NCBI RefSeq assembly: GCF_964213995.1
Contig: NW_027590501.1
Span: 62,001 to 126,000 of the forward strand
DNA from: Mustelus asterias
Lineage: Eukaryota
DNA length: 64,000 nt
Reading direction: 5' to 3'
Positions 48,101-60,275 of this stretch are shown here, piece after piece (within the stretch, counting starts at the first letter, position 1; each line of letters starts with the position of its first letter). The notes under the pieces are model-generated. The model had not been told where the DNA came from. It did not search any database and saw nothing but the letters and a program-made list of their open reading frames with translations. Both the position numbers and the translations under genes were made by a program.

Positions 48101-50439
48101 TCGATTAACAGTTAATAGAGAAGGGTTCACTTTAACAATTGAACAGACTTCTCTCCATCCCTCTCAGACCAGGACATGAAGTGATGGCTCTGAAAACATG
48201 GATAACTTGTAAAACCAACAGCTCTCCACACCTCTCTGTAAACATCTCTCCCTCCACCTCTCTCTACCAAATTGCCTTCTCAAGACCACTTTTTTATACT
48301 TTAAAAATGTCGAAAGCCTATCTTAGCCAATTCCCATAAATCTTCAATTATAAACTAAGATAGACACGAGTTTTCAGATGATTTGAAAAGAAATGAACTG
48401 TCTGCTGAAAGGGTTAACTTTTCTACAGAACCTAAAGGGATGGGGAGTGAGCAGAAAAAAATTGGCCCACAATAATCCCACTTTACACAAGTATAAAAAT
48501 CAAAACAAACTCGATTGTAAACTTCAGCTCTTAATTTTTTTGTTATATTCCACAACCTAATTATTTCTATTTGATCAGTTTTGTTAGGGATGGGTAACTT
48601 CTGTTCTTTATAAACTGCTTCACTCATTTTGTTGATTCCCCATGAACTCGGAGAATCAGAACCCAGATTTTATCATCCTTATCCTTTTTCTCCCTTTGCC
48701 ACCACTCCCTCTGTTTTGCGGGAGGGTCGTGGGGATTCCAATCAGAACGAATCATTTTATCATAAAAGTAAAATACTGCGGATGCTGGAATCTGAAACAA
48801 CAACAGAAAATGCTGGAAAATCTCAGCAGGTCTGACAGTATCTGTGGAGACAGAATAGAGCCAATGTTTAAAGTATGGATGACCCTTTACAAGAGCTGTT
48901 ATGAAGTGTCTTCCAGACTCGAAACGTTGGCTGTATTCTCTAATAATTTTATCGATAAGTTTCTTGTTCTTAGTTTCCAAATAGCAGGTAAGAGACCTAT
49001 CCGGTCCTCACTCGAGCTCTGAGTGTTTCACTGGCCATGCTTGGGTCAGTTTATAACCATTAGAATCTACTCTGAGGTCTGCTTTTCAGTCCAGTGCTAT
49101 TTGGAGTATACCGTTACTTCACCGACTAACGGGTCACATGTCCCTCACAGTTCTTATCACAAATTTGGGATAAAATAATTTAAACAATGCCTGAGAACGC
49201 TTTTTAACTTCTTAACCAACTATCTGCCACTGTTTGTTGATTGATCAGACCCCCTTTTTACAGATTCAGGAATCTCAGCCGCTGAACACCAGCCGGTCCT
49301 GGAATAAGTTTAATTCTAACTCATTCCGAGTAAATATTCTCACCAGGTCCTGTGTCGGGGCCCTGCTAAGCAGCTTTAATGGTCCGTGATTGCAGAAACT
49401 GAGCAGTCACAGGAATGTGGTCAAGATAGTCCAGTCCCATAATGCCTCACATTCAATCTGCAGTCCTTCAATTATAACAGAATATGTGGCTGTATGTAGC
49501 TGCCTCGGCCATGGTCAACCCCAACACTGCCTTCTTGAACTGCTGCAATGCCTGAGGTGTAAGTACACCCACAGTGCTGTTAGGGAGGGATTTCCAGCTA
49601 CACATTCCAGACTTTCACTGGACTGTAGATGGATACCAGATTGATATATTCCATTCAACCACTCCCAAGGTGAGTTATTCCAATTCCTTTATTGTCCAGG
49701 ACAATATATTCACAATATCTTTAAAACAGAAATTAAACATTCCCATTTGATTTGAGACAGTAACATATTCTGTTCGTTTGTTCTTTATTGTCAATGTCAG
49801 GCTGGGGTTGTTCCCCTTGGAGCAAAGGAGGTTGAGGGGAGATTTGATAGAGGTGGACAAGATTCTGACAGGTTTAAATAAGGTGGACGAAGAAAAGCTG
49901 TTCCCATTAGCTGATGGGACATGGACGAGGGGGGACACAGATTTAAAGTTTCAGGTCAGAGATGTAGGGAGGGATGTGAGGGAGAATATTTTGATGCAGC
50001 GAATGGTAATGACCTGGAACTCACTGCCTACGAGGATGGAGGAAATGGAGACAATAAACAATTACAAAGGAAATGAGATGGGCATCTGGGGGAGTTTCAA
50101 ACAGAAATGCTGACTAAATATCTCTCAATTTCCTCACACCCGGTCACTCTGAAATTTAAAACAAGGTATTCGCAACAAGACTCAAAGAACATCAGCTCAC
50201 TGGAGGCAAAGTTGTGAGACCGGCCAGTCCAGCAGAAAGAAACCCTCCGACCCTCCCCATTGACCAACTGTGAGAATGAACAAAATGCAGTCCTGGATGT
50301 AATTGAGAGCAGAAACAATAACAGCAGAATCCAACCCCTGTGAACTTGTTGGTGCCTCAGCAGCTGTGATGAAATTCTGAACACTTTTTATACACTGAGC
50401 AGGTGGACAGTTTCTCCCCAGTGTAACTTCACTGATGTC

Positions 50440-51342
50440 TCAACAGGTGGGATAACTGAGTGAATTCCTTCCCACACTCAGAGCAGGTGAATGGTCTCTC
50501 CCCATGTGAATTCGCTGGTGTCTCTGCAGGTTGGATAACTGACTGAAACCCTTCCCACACTGAGAGCAGGTAAATGGCCTCTCCCCAGTGTGAACTCGCT
50601 GGTGTCTCCGCAGGTGGGATGACTGAGTGAATCTCTTCCCACACTGTGAGCAGGTGAACGGCCTCTCTCCAGTGTGAATGTGCTGGTGTTTCTGCTGGGT
50701 GGATAAGTGACTGAAACCCTTCCCACACTGAGAGCAGGTAAATGGCCTCTCCCCAGTGTGAACTCGCTGGTGTGTCCGCAGCTCGGATGACCGAGTGAAT
50801 CTCTTCCCACACTGAGAGCAGGTGAATGGCCTCTCCCCAGTGTGAACTCGCTGGTGTGTCCGCAGGTCGGATGAACGAGTAAATCCCTTCCCACACTGAG
50901 AGCAGGTGAATGGCCTCTCCCCGGTGTGAATGTGCTGATGTGTCCGCAGGTCGGATGACCGAGTGAATCTCTTCCCACAACGAGAGCAGATGAATGGCCT
51001 CTCCCCAGTGTGAACTCGCTGGTGTATCTGCAGGTTGGAAAACTGACTGAACCCCTTCCCACACCGAGAGCAGATAAACAGCCTCTCCCCAGTGTGAATT
51101 CGCTGGTGTCTCTGCAAAGTGGATAACACAGTGAATCCCTTTCCACACTGAGAGCAGGTGAACGGTCTCTCTCCGGTGTGAACTCGCTTGTGTGACTGCA
51201 GGCTGGGCAACAGAGCGAATCCCTCCCCACACTGAAAGCAGATGAATGGCCGCTCCCCAGTGTGGCTGCGCCGATGAGCATCCAGCAGAGAGGGGGCTCT
51301 GTATCTCTTTCCACAGTCCGCACATTTCCATGGTTTCTCCAT
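50440..51342 (-). CDS. Z8: C2H2 zinc-finger protein, 10 intact fingers then frameshift; two dead fingers to about 50339
   Basis: accATGG MEKPWKC at 51342. Frame shifts after HQRIH at about 50503. Confidence 0.85.
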   Translation of the reverse strand: MEKPWKCADCGKRYRAPSLLDAHRRSHTGERPFICFQCGEGFALLPSLQSHKRVHTGERPFTCSQCGKGFTVLSTLQRHQRIHTGERLFICSRCGKGFSQFSNLQIHQRVHTGERPFICSRCGKRFTRSSDLRTHQHIHTGERPFTCSQCGKGFTRSSDLRTHQRVHTGERPFTCSQCGKRFTRSSELRTHQRVHTGERPFTCSQCGKGFSHLSTQQKHQHIHTGERPFTCSQCGKRFTQSSHLRRHQRVHTGERPFTCSQCGKGFSQLSNLQRHQRIHMGRDHSPALSVGRNSLSYPTC

Positions 51343-51559
51343 GGTGCAGGTGTCCTTGCCTCTCCCTTGGGTGGCCAATCAGTTGAAGCCTTGTCCACAC
51401 ACGGAACACGGGTGCAGTCTCTCCCTGCTGTGAATGGTGTGATATTTATTCAGGCTGTGTAACTGGTTAAAGCTCTTTAGTCCGTGCTCTGGAACAATCT
51501 CACTCGGGTGTGGCAGTGTGTTGCTGCTTTTCCACTCACTGATGGCCGAAGTCTTTTCA

Positions 51560-51890
51560 AATCCAAGTGGAAGCTTTAATCTGAAGCTCAGTGGCCAACT
51601 TCCGCATTGAGACGTCACAATGGAGCGCTGCCGGAATCAGCCAATAGGAATTACTCGGCTCCGCAGTGACGTTGCGGGGTTCCATGGCGCAGGCCCGGCT
51701 CGCGGACCCGGGAGCCCCACCCATTGTTCCTCCTCCCCCTGCACCTCCTCCAGCCAAGGTTTCCAGGCAACCGGCTGGCGGCTCCGGCCAGAGCGAGAAG
51801 CCGCTCGGTGATCTCCCCCTCCCCCCTCTCTCTCCGGCGGCTGCTGCTCCAAAAAGAGATCGAGAGCGGACCGCTGGCGGCAGCCGCACT
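51560..51890. promoter_or_regulatory. Bidirectional CpG island between Z8 (-) and Z9 (+)
   Basis: Very CpG-rich, with CCAAT, CRE-like gacgtca and ETS-like cttccg. Confidence 0.7.
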
Positions 51891-52088
51891 GCGCCTGCTC
51901 CGGACAGCTGGGCTCAGCAGCGCTCTCTGCGCCTGCTCCGGACAGCTCGGCTCAGCAGCGCTCTCTGCGCCTGCTCCGGACAGCTGGGCTCAGCAGCGCT
52001 CTCTGCGCCTGCTCCGGACAGCTCGGCTCAGCCGCGCTCTCTGCGCCTGCTCCGGACAGCTCGGCTCAGCAGCACTCTCTGCGCCTGC
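51889..52088. repeat. 38-bp GC-rich minisatellite, about 5.3 copies
   Basis: Unit ctgcgcctgctccggacagct[g/c]ggctcagcagcgctct starting at 51889, 51927, 51965, 52003, 52041 and 52079. Confidence 0.95.
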
Positions 52089-52198
52089 GTGCTGGGCTGC
52101 CAGCTGAGGGAGTGGGGGAGGGGACTTTGCAAAATCTTCCCATCATTTTCTTCCAAGTCCCGCAGTTTGATTTGAAACAGAACAGCTTCTGTTTGTAG

Positions 52199-52480
52199 CT
52201 TCACCACAGACTCCAACTTCACACACAGACTCAAACTTCACCACAGACTCAAACTTCACACACAGACTCAAACTTCACCACAGACTCAAACTTCACACAC
52301 AGACTCCAACTTCACACACAGACTCCAACTTCACCACAGACTCAAACTTCACCACAGACTCAAACTTCAGACACAGACTCAAACTTCAGACACAGACTCA
52401 AACTTCACCACAGACTCAAACTTCAGACACAGACTCAAACTTCAGACACAGACTCAAACTTCACCACAGACTCAAACTTC
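52199..52480. repeat. 18/19-bp minisatellite, about 15 copies
   Basis: Unit cttca[c/ca/ga]cacagactc[a/c]aa. Confidence 0.95.
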
Positions 52481-52838
52481 ATCCTCTGGACAACAGCTGT
52501 GAGTAAAACACTTTCTCCCCCTGGGAAATGCAGAGACAGAGAAATTCTCTGGAACTGGAATTAGAGCTAAATATACTGAGGGGGAAAATGTGATTTTGTG
52601 GAACCTGTTTTTATTGTCTGAGCTTTTTAAAGTGTAATTTATCTTGTCTATTCAAATACTGTTTCTTAATGCATGATTCAGTGATGTTAATTTTAGATTA
52701 ATTTTTAAAGTAAAATTTTTTAAAAATGAAACATTGTCTTTGTTTATTCGATTGGGATTTGTGGGAATTTGTTTATTATAAGGTGACCATGAGGATCGTA
52801 ACAACATTGATATGTCTGGTGTTGTTATATGGTGCATA

Positions 52839-53040
52839 TGATGTGGAGATGCCGGTGTTGGACTGGGGTGGGCACAGTAAGAAGTCTCACAACACCTGGT
52901 TAAAATCCAACGGGTTTATTTGGAATTACGAGCTTTCAGAGCGCTGCTCCTTCTCACCTGATGAAGGGGCAGTGCTCTGAAAGCTTGTGATTCCAAATAA
53001 ACCTGTTGGACTTTAACCTGGTGTTGTGAGACTTCTTACT
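52839..53040. mobile_element. Palindromic non-autonomous Penelope-terminus element with 12-13 bp TSD and hammerhead motif
   Basis: atatggtgcata at 52827-52838 and 53041-53052. Arms agtaagaagtctcacaacacc and ggtgttgtgagacttcttact. CTGATGA...GAAA core at 52958-52982. Confidence 0.8.
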
Positions 53041-54079
53041 ATATGGTGCATAATGGGTATGTTATTTATGGATTTGTATTACAGTTGATTTTGTTTAATT
53101 CCAGAATAGTATTGTAACTACACTGTATATTTTCCAGTCAAAGAGTCATCAGAGCACAAGATAAATCAATTCAGCAGCTTGAGTCCGTGCCCAGTCTCTG
53201 TCGGGGAATCCACTCAGTGCCATTTTTCCTCGATATCCCTGTTCCCCAGCACGTTTAATTCCTTCAAGTGCCCGACCAATTTTATTTTGAAATCACTGGT
53301 CGTCTCCACTTCCACCACTCTCATCATCAGTGAGTTCCAGAACATGATTGCTTGCTCCCTAAGTCAAGTTCTTCCGCACCCATCTGTATCTCTAATCATG
53401 TAATAGAGTTCTGAATATTGCATACATTTTTAGTCCACTAAATATGCTAATTTTTTATCTGCTTAGACACAAGCCTGTGTGAAGATTTCAGGAATATGTG
53501 TCCTGTACATGAAACAGTCAGCACGGATCTGTCGATTAGGATGAATCAGCACCCTCAGGACAATGTCTATTTCAGGTCCAGCAAAGTGAGAATGGAGGGA
53601 GAGTGTTTGGGATGGAGATTTACAAATTTTCAAGAATGAGAGGAAAGAATGTTCCACAGAAACTAGAATTGTCTGTTCTCAGTTTTTATCCTGTACTGAC
53701 AGCAATGATTTTTGTGAATTTCTTTCACAGGCTATTAGAAGGGGAGAATTTTCAGACACAAATCTCAACAAACATGACGTTAGGATCTGACAGAGTCACC
53801 CAATTATTCAGGATCTGAATACCATCGGCATTTGAAACGAGAATGGAAAATGTTTGTCTGTCCCTTCAAACTGTTTAAACATCAGTGTGACTGGAAAATC
53901 ACTGAGACACATCCACTCGAGTGAGAGTATTCCAGTGAACTGACTGTGGAAAGAGCTTTAACCAGTTACACAGCCTGGAAAAGATTGAAGGATTCACAGT
54001 GAGGAGAAAGACCATGTATGTGTTATCTGTGGGGTCAAATCTTCATCTGAACCTGGAGATGTACAAAGACACTCAGACC

Positions 54080-55125
54080 ATGGAAATGTAGGGACTGTGG
54101 GAAGGGATTCAATTGTCCCTCGAAGCTGGAAACCCTTCGATGCAGCCACACTGTGGAGACACCGTTCACCTGCTCTGAGTTTGGAAGGGGATTTCGTGAT
54201 TCATCCACCCTGAGGAATCACCAGCGACTTCACATCAGGGAGAGGCCATTCACCTGCTCTGAGTGTGGGAAGAAATTCAGCGATTCGTCTGCCCTGCTGA
54301 CACACCAGCGGGTTCACAACGGGGAGAGACCATTCACCTGTTGTGTGTGTGGAAAGGGATTCACTCAGTCATCTACCCTGCAGAATCACCAGCGATTTCA
54401 CACGGGTGAGGGACTGTCCCCCTGCTCAGAGCGTGGGAAGGGATTCACTCACTCATCCCTCCCGCTGACACACCAACCCATTCACACTGGGCCGAGGCCA
54501 TTCATCTGCTCCGAGTGTGGGAAGGGATTCACTCACTCATCCCTCCCGCTGACACACCAACGCATTCACACTGGGCCGAGGCCATTCATCTGCTCCGAGT
54601 GTGGGAAGGGATTCACTCAATTATCTAGTCTGCTGAGACACAAACGATTACATACTGGGGAAAGGCCATTCATCTGATGTGTGTGTGGGAAGTGACTCAG
54701 TCAATCATCCAGTCTGCTGGAATACTGAGGCTCCTCCCCCAATAAGAAACCTGTTCAATGCTCTGACTGTGGGAGCTGCTTTAAAACCTGAGCCTACCTG
54801 AGGGTCGACCAGCGCATTCACACTGAGGAGACCCCGTTCAGGCGCTCTCACTGTGCAAAGAGGTTTAGAACATCATCTGACCTACTGAAACATCAGGGAA
54901 TTCACACTGGGGAGAGACCCTGATAATTCCCACTCACTTTCAGCGATTTCTCATAAAACCTACCAGATTGGAAGCTTCTGCCTGAAATTTTATTTTCCCT
55001 TAGTTTCCAAACTGAGACCATTCACCTGCTCAGTGTGTGGGAAAGGATTCACTTGTTCACCCAAGCTGCTGAGGCACCATGGCAGTCACACCCATTAGTG
55101 ACCTTTTGGATGCTCTGACTGTGGC
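54080..55125 (+). pseudogene. Z9: C2H2 zinc-finger pseudogene
   Basis: Start collapsed (accatggaaatgtag). ORF 54153-54677 has damaged fingers, followed by several stops and frameshifts. Confidence 0.85.
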
Positions 55126-55620
55126 TGTTAATTATATCAATAGAGGTGAAGTTTATTCAGATGGAGGGCACTGATTAGATAGTTATAATGAGCAGGTACA
55201 AAGTGGGACTCACTAATATAACTTGGAGCCAGAGTTGAACCTGTAATGTTTGATTCTGTGAACAAATCTGTACCAAATAAAGATTGACTCCACCCCAAGG
55301 CTGTCAGGATTACAACATGGTAACAGAAAATGCTTGTCTAATGGTGAAGGTTGGAAACTAAAAGAAAGTATATTTCAGACTGAAGTTTACAATCCCAGCA
55401 GCTTTTGTGAGAAATGACTGAAAGGCAGTGGGAATTGTCAGGGTCTGATTACCTGCTGATACTCTCGGAGTCTGAACCTTACAATCAGTGGAAGAATGAA
55501 GATGTGGACACGGGTTACATCCCGTTCAAGGAGGAAACAAGATCTGGCCTTGGCATTGTCACTTCCTAACACAAGGAAAATCAGCAACAAAGCATTTTCT
55601 GATCAGCCAAACTGCAAGTT
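55126..55620 (+). mobile_element. Probable LTR retrotransposon 5' remnant (LTR, PBS, gag start; Copia/GalEa-like)
   Basis: TGTT...AACA segment 55126-55317 with aataaa, followed directly by tggtaacaga (PBS-like), then SEPYNQWKNE / MWTRVTS...RKQDLALALSLP. Confidence 0.55.
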
Positions 55621-58119
55621 GATACCTGCACTGGCACGGATGATTCATGTAAATAATTCACTTCAGGTGGTTGGAGGGTAGAATCCCTGTCAATTGGTCT
55701 ATGGGAGAAATCCCAAATTCCCCTCTGTGCCGGGCGATCGCCCTCCTGCTTTAAAGGGATACAATTAGTTCCATTTTCAGTCATCAATTATCTGATTGTT
55801 CCATGAAAAGAATTGCTCGAAGCAACAAATTATTGGAGAGACCAGAAGAGGGTTTCTTCATGTGTAACGTTTGGACAGAAGGAGAAGAAACATCTTTTTC
55901 TTCGATTTGTTTTGAAACACTGTTTGTGTGAATTTTTGCGATCCCGGTCAGGACTGTTAACGTTTGCAGAGAAATTCGAACACCCAGTGATTAACTGAAT
56001 TACATCACAAGATTCCACATTTTTAAACAAAAACAAACTTTACTGTATGTTTAAATAAATTTAAAAAGACAACACTACAAATTGAATACTACACTCAATA
56101 AAGATTTATGATATAAACCTAGTTCTATTTTTTTACCTCACCCCAAGAGTTTCTTTATACTTAATGATATCTTGAAGGTTCATTCACTTCTGTTCCTAGG
56201 ACCATCCCAAAGCTCTCCACAATTCACTTTAATTCTCCCCAGTACTCCAGATATTCTCCAAGCTCCAAGAGTTTATGGGAGTCCATCTTTTCATTAAACA
56301 AGCCTCCAATTTTCCTTTAAGCTCTCAAACTGTGGACTCCTCAGTCCAAACATGAGCTTCACTGCATTCTTGCTGAGGGATTTAAATGTTGGAAACACCC
56401 CTGGTTTCTAATGGTCCTCGAGGCTTCTAGTCCCACAGCTCCTGGTCCCACAACTGGTGGCTTCCAAGTGAACTGCAGACTGTCCGCTGTCTATCTGTGG
56501 AACCAGGTCATTAATTGGAAAGGACTCAAAAGGTTACGGGGAAAAGGCAGGAGAATGGGATTGAGATTCATCAGCCATGATCAAATGGCACAGCAGATTC
56601 GATGGGCCGAATAGCCTAATTCTGCTCCTATATCTTATGGTCTAATTCTAACCAAGGCTCCACCCTGAATCACAGATCCCCATGGTAACAGAGACCAGGT
56701 GGAATGTCCGACAGATATTTCGCTTCAAAACTAAACCCTTTTTCCCTGAGGTCTGCATGAAAAATTCACCGAACAAAAACAGTACAATAATTGTCAGTCC
56801 CAATGTCTCCAGCTAAAAGATCCAGCTGACCTTTTACAGTTCTTACCTCTCGAGTTTTGACTTCTTAAACCAACATGGGCCATGCTTTGTGACTGCGAAT
56901 CCCCTGAGGGTGTTTTCATCAGATTCTCAATCCAGGTTTTCCATTTTTTAAAAGCAATTCTTGCAACTAATTCATATTTCTAAAACATAGGAATTATGAA
57001 ATTAGATTTCTGTACCAAAAACAGGAAAAAATGGAAATGTATCACCTTCATAATATCCCATTTAGAATATTACAATATACAACATGCTGTATATCTTAAC
57101 AACAGCCATGATCTTATTGAATGGTGGAGCCGGCTCGAAGGGCCAAATGGCCTACTCCTGTTCCTAAATCCACTGTTTTCCTATGTTGATCTATCTTATA
57201 ACCTGCAACAGACATAATAATCCCTCCATTGTCCACTTCACATTCACAAGTCCAGCTTGGAAACAGCACACTGCTGGGTTCCATGTCCAGGAATTCAGTC
57301 CACTGAAGATGGAAATTACTGCTTGCAGTCTTTTCTGACGGTTTTCTTTTTACAATAATTATAGTCCAAAGTTCCTCCTGCAAAAGGAGAGTCTTCATTG
57401 CTGTTCATTTGTGAATTTTCAAGTTCTATTTTGAAAACAGTCTGTACAGAGTTCACATTTTGAAATTTATTTTCTTCCATGTTTGTAGTTCCTCCATTGT
57501 TTAAATCCAGAGACAATATTCCAGTCAATTCCACATTGAAACTGTCTTCTTCTTGCTCAGTTATAGCTGATTCCTTTATTGTCCAGGACAATATATTCAC
57601 AATATCTTTAAAACAGAAATTAAACATTCCCATTTGATTCCAGACAGTAACATATTCTGTTAGTTTGTTCTTTATTGTCAATGTCAGGCTGGTGTTGTTC
57701 TCCTTGGAGCAAAGGAGATTGAGGGGAGATTTGATAGAGGTGGACAAGATTCTGACAGGTTTAGATAAGGTGGACAAAGAAAAGCTGTTCCCATTAGCTG
57801 AAGGGACAAGGACGAGGGGGGACACAGATTTCTTGTTTTGGGTCAGAGATGCAAGGGGGGTGGTGGTGGTGGGGGGGGGTGGAGATGTGAGGAAGAATAT
57901 TCTGATGCAGCGAATGGTAATGACCTGGAACTCGCTGCCTACGAGGGTGGAGGAAGTGGAGACAACAATTAAAAAGGAAATTGGATGGGCATTTGGGATG
58001 TTCCAAACAGAACGAAGAGCAAAGAAAATTTTGTTTTCTTTAAAGAAAACAAAAAAAAACAAAAAAAAAACAAAGAAAATCCATCAAGACACCATTTGAC
58101 TGAGTTTGGCAGAAAGGGA

Positions 58120-59660
58120 CCGACACAGGGTTGGAGTCGGTGGGATTTGGCGGGGGGGGGGGGATCTCTCCACCGGTTGGGGATATACCAGGGACAGATG
58201 AGGATGGCTGTGGTTGTTGGAGGTCAGTCATCACTGCAAGGGTCACTGCAGGGTTCATCGAAAACTCTGCTGGCTATGTTTAAACTCACATTAAGTGTTA
58301 TTCCACCATCACCCTTGTGCACGATGATCCACCCAGTAAAGCAACAACTTAATATTAAAATTCTCATCCTTGGTTTCAAGTCACTCCATGACCTTGCCTG
58401 TCCCAATATCTATAATCTCCTATCAGCCCCACAACCCTCAATATATTACACTGCTCTAATTCTGGTCTTTAGTTTGTCCCTGACCTTGCTTCACCATTGC
58501 AAGCTCTACCTTCAGTTGCTGAGGCTCCAACCTCTGGAATACCATCCCTACACGTCTCCAACTCTCCACCTCGCTTTACTCCTTTGACACACCCCTTAAA
58601 ATCTACCACTTTGACCAAACTTTTGGTCATCTCACCTAATATCTTCTTTGTGGCTCAATATCATACTTTATTTTACAATGCTTCCTGGATGTTTTATTAT
58701 TTTAAGGCGCTATATCAATATATTTTGTTGTTCCTCATGTCTCCTGGGCCTAATCATTTTCAGCGGCTTCATTAATTACCGTCTCCCCACCGTAGGGTCG
58801 GAAACGGGGATGTTCACTGATGATTGCAGTGTATATGACCATTCACAACTCTGAATACTGAAGCTGCCCGCATGCAGCGCAGGACTAGGACAACATTCAG
58901 GTTGGAGCTGATTGTCAATTCATACTGACACCACATAATTATCAGGAAATATCTATTTCCAGCAAGAAAATCTAACCATCTTCCCTTGATATTCAATGGC
59001 ATTACCATCAGTGAATGCCCCACCAGCAATAACTTTGGGGTTACCATTGACCAGTCATTTAAATACTGTGGTTACAAGAGCAGATCAGAGGTTGGGGGTT
59101 TTGTGGCAGGTTACTCACTTAATGACTCCCCAAAGGCTTGCCATGATTCACAAGGTATAAATCAGGAGTAAGGGGGAATATTCTTTACCTGGATGAGTGT
59201 ATCTGCAACAATTTTGTCGATCCTATCCAGGACAAAGTAGCTCGCCTGATCAGCATCTCAAATACCACCTTAAACATTCACTCTCCACCATTAGCCCACA
59301 ATGGTGGCAGTGTATCCCACAGATTAGATGCACTGCAAGAAATCACCAAGGCTGTTTTCACAGCATGTTCCAACCTCTAACTTCTACCACTTGAAAAACA
59401 AGTGCAGCCAGCGTTTGGGAATGCCACCATCTGCAAATTGTACTCCACATCACACACCATTCTGACTTGAAACTCAATCACCATTCCTTCTCTGTCACTG
59501 CATCAAATTCCTGGAACTCCCTAACAGCGTTGTGGGTATACCTACACCAGATGGATTGCAGCGATTCAAGAAAGTGGCTCACTTTCTTCACAAGGGCAAT
59601 CAGTGATGCACAATGAATGTTGGCCTTGCCAGCCACATTCACATCCCCTGAAAGAATTTT
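58120..59660 (+). mobile_element. Degraded CR1/L2-clade LINE with nested L2-like 3' fragment (about 58260-58735)
   Basis: Motifs RMAVVVGGQSS and LGLIIFSGFIN...MFTDDCSV; tail ggccttgccagc.acat. The insert translates IKILILGFKSLHDLA. Confidence 0.6.
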
Positions 59661-59689
59661 TAAAATATCCTCATCCCTGGTATCATTCT

Positions 59690-60275
59690 CAGCCATGAGT
59701 ACTGCAATTATCAATGAACAGCTCCGCTTTTGACTTTATGATGGGGGGAGGGTCATTGGTGGAGCAACTGAGGATGGATGGGCCGAGGACTCTACCCTGG
59801 GGCTGAGATGATTGGCCTCCAACAACCGCGATCATCCTCCTCTGTGCGGGATGTGGCTCTCGCCGGTGGAGAGTTTCCCCGATTCCCATTGACTTCAATG
59901 TTAATCGGGTTGCTTGATGCCACGCACAGTCAAACGCTGCCTTGATGTCAATGGCAATCACTCCAACATCACCCAGTTCAACTCTTTTGTCCATGTTTGG
60001 ACAAAGGCTGTAAATGAGGCAGGAGGTGAGTGGTCCTCGGTGGAACCCAAAATGAGCATCAGTGAGCAGGTTGTTGCTGTATAAATGCTGCTTGATCGCA
60101 CCGTTGGCAACAACATCTTCCATCATTTTGCTGATGATCGAGACGAGAGACATTGGAGGGCAGTTGGCCAGTTTGGATTTTTCCTTATCCATCGCCTTCA
60201 GCTGTTTATTGATATCCCTTGAAGTGAATCGAATTGGCTGAAGATGGGCATCTGCGATACTAGGGACCTCAGGAT
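59690..60275 (-). mobile_element. LINE RT fragment, same clade as 58120-59660
   Basis: Motifs SLVSIISKMME, HFGF, IDIKAAFD, GGQSS...VLGP...FIDNC. Confidence 0.75.

Noticed and set aside
52199-52480. Regular short repeats resembling a CRISPR array (also 6326 and 51889)
   Set aside because: Head-to-tail units with no unique spacers, no cas genes and a vertebrate context.
58014-58082. A-rich tract as the poly(A) tail of a CR1 3' transduction
   Set aside because: Wrong strand for the - strand CR1 at 61598-62585.
58120-60275. Opposed LINE fragments as one twin-primed insertion
   Set aside because: Both cover the same RT segment (GGQSS...LGP...DD), so they are separate copies.
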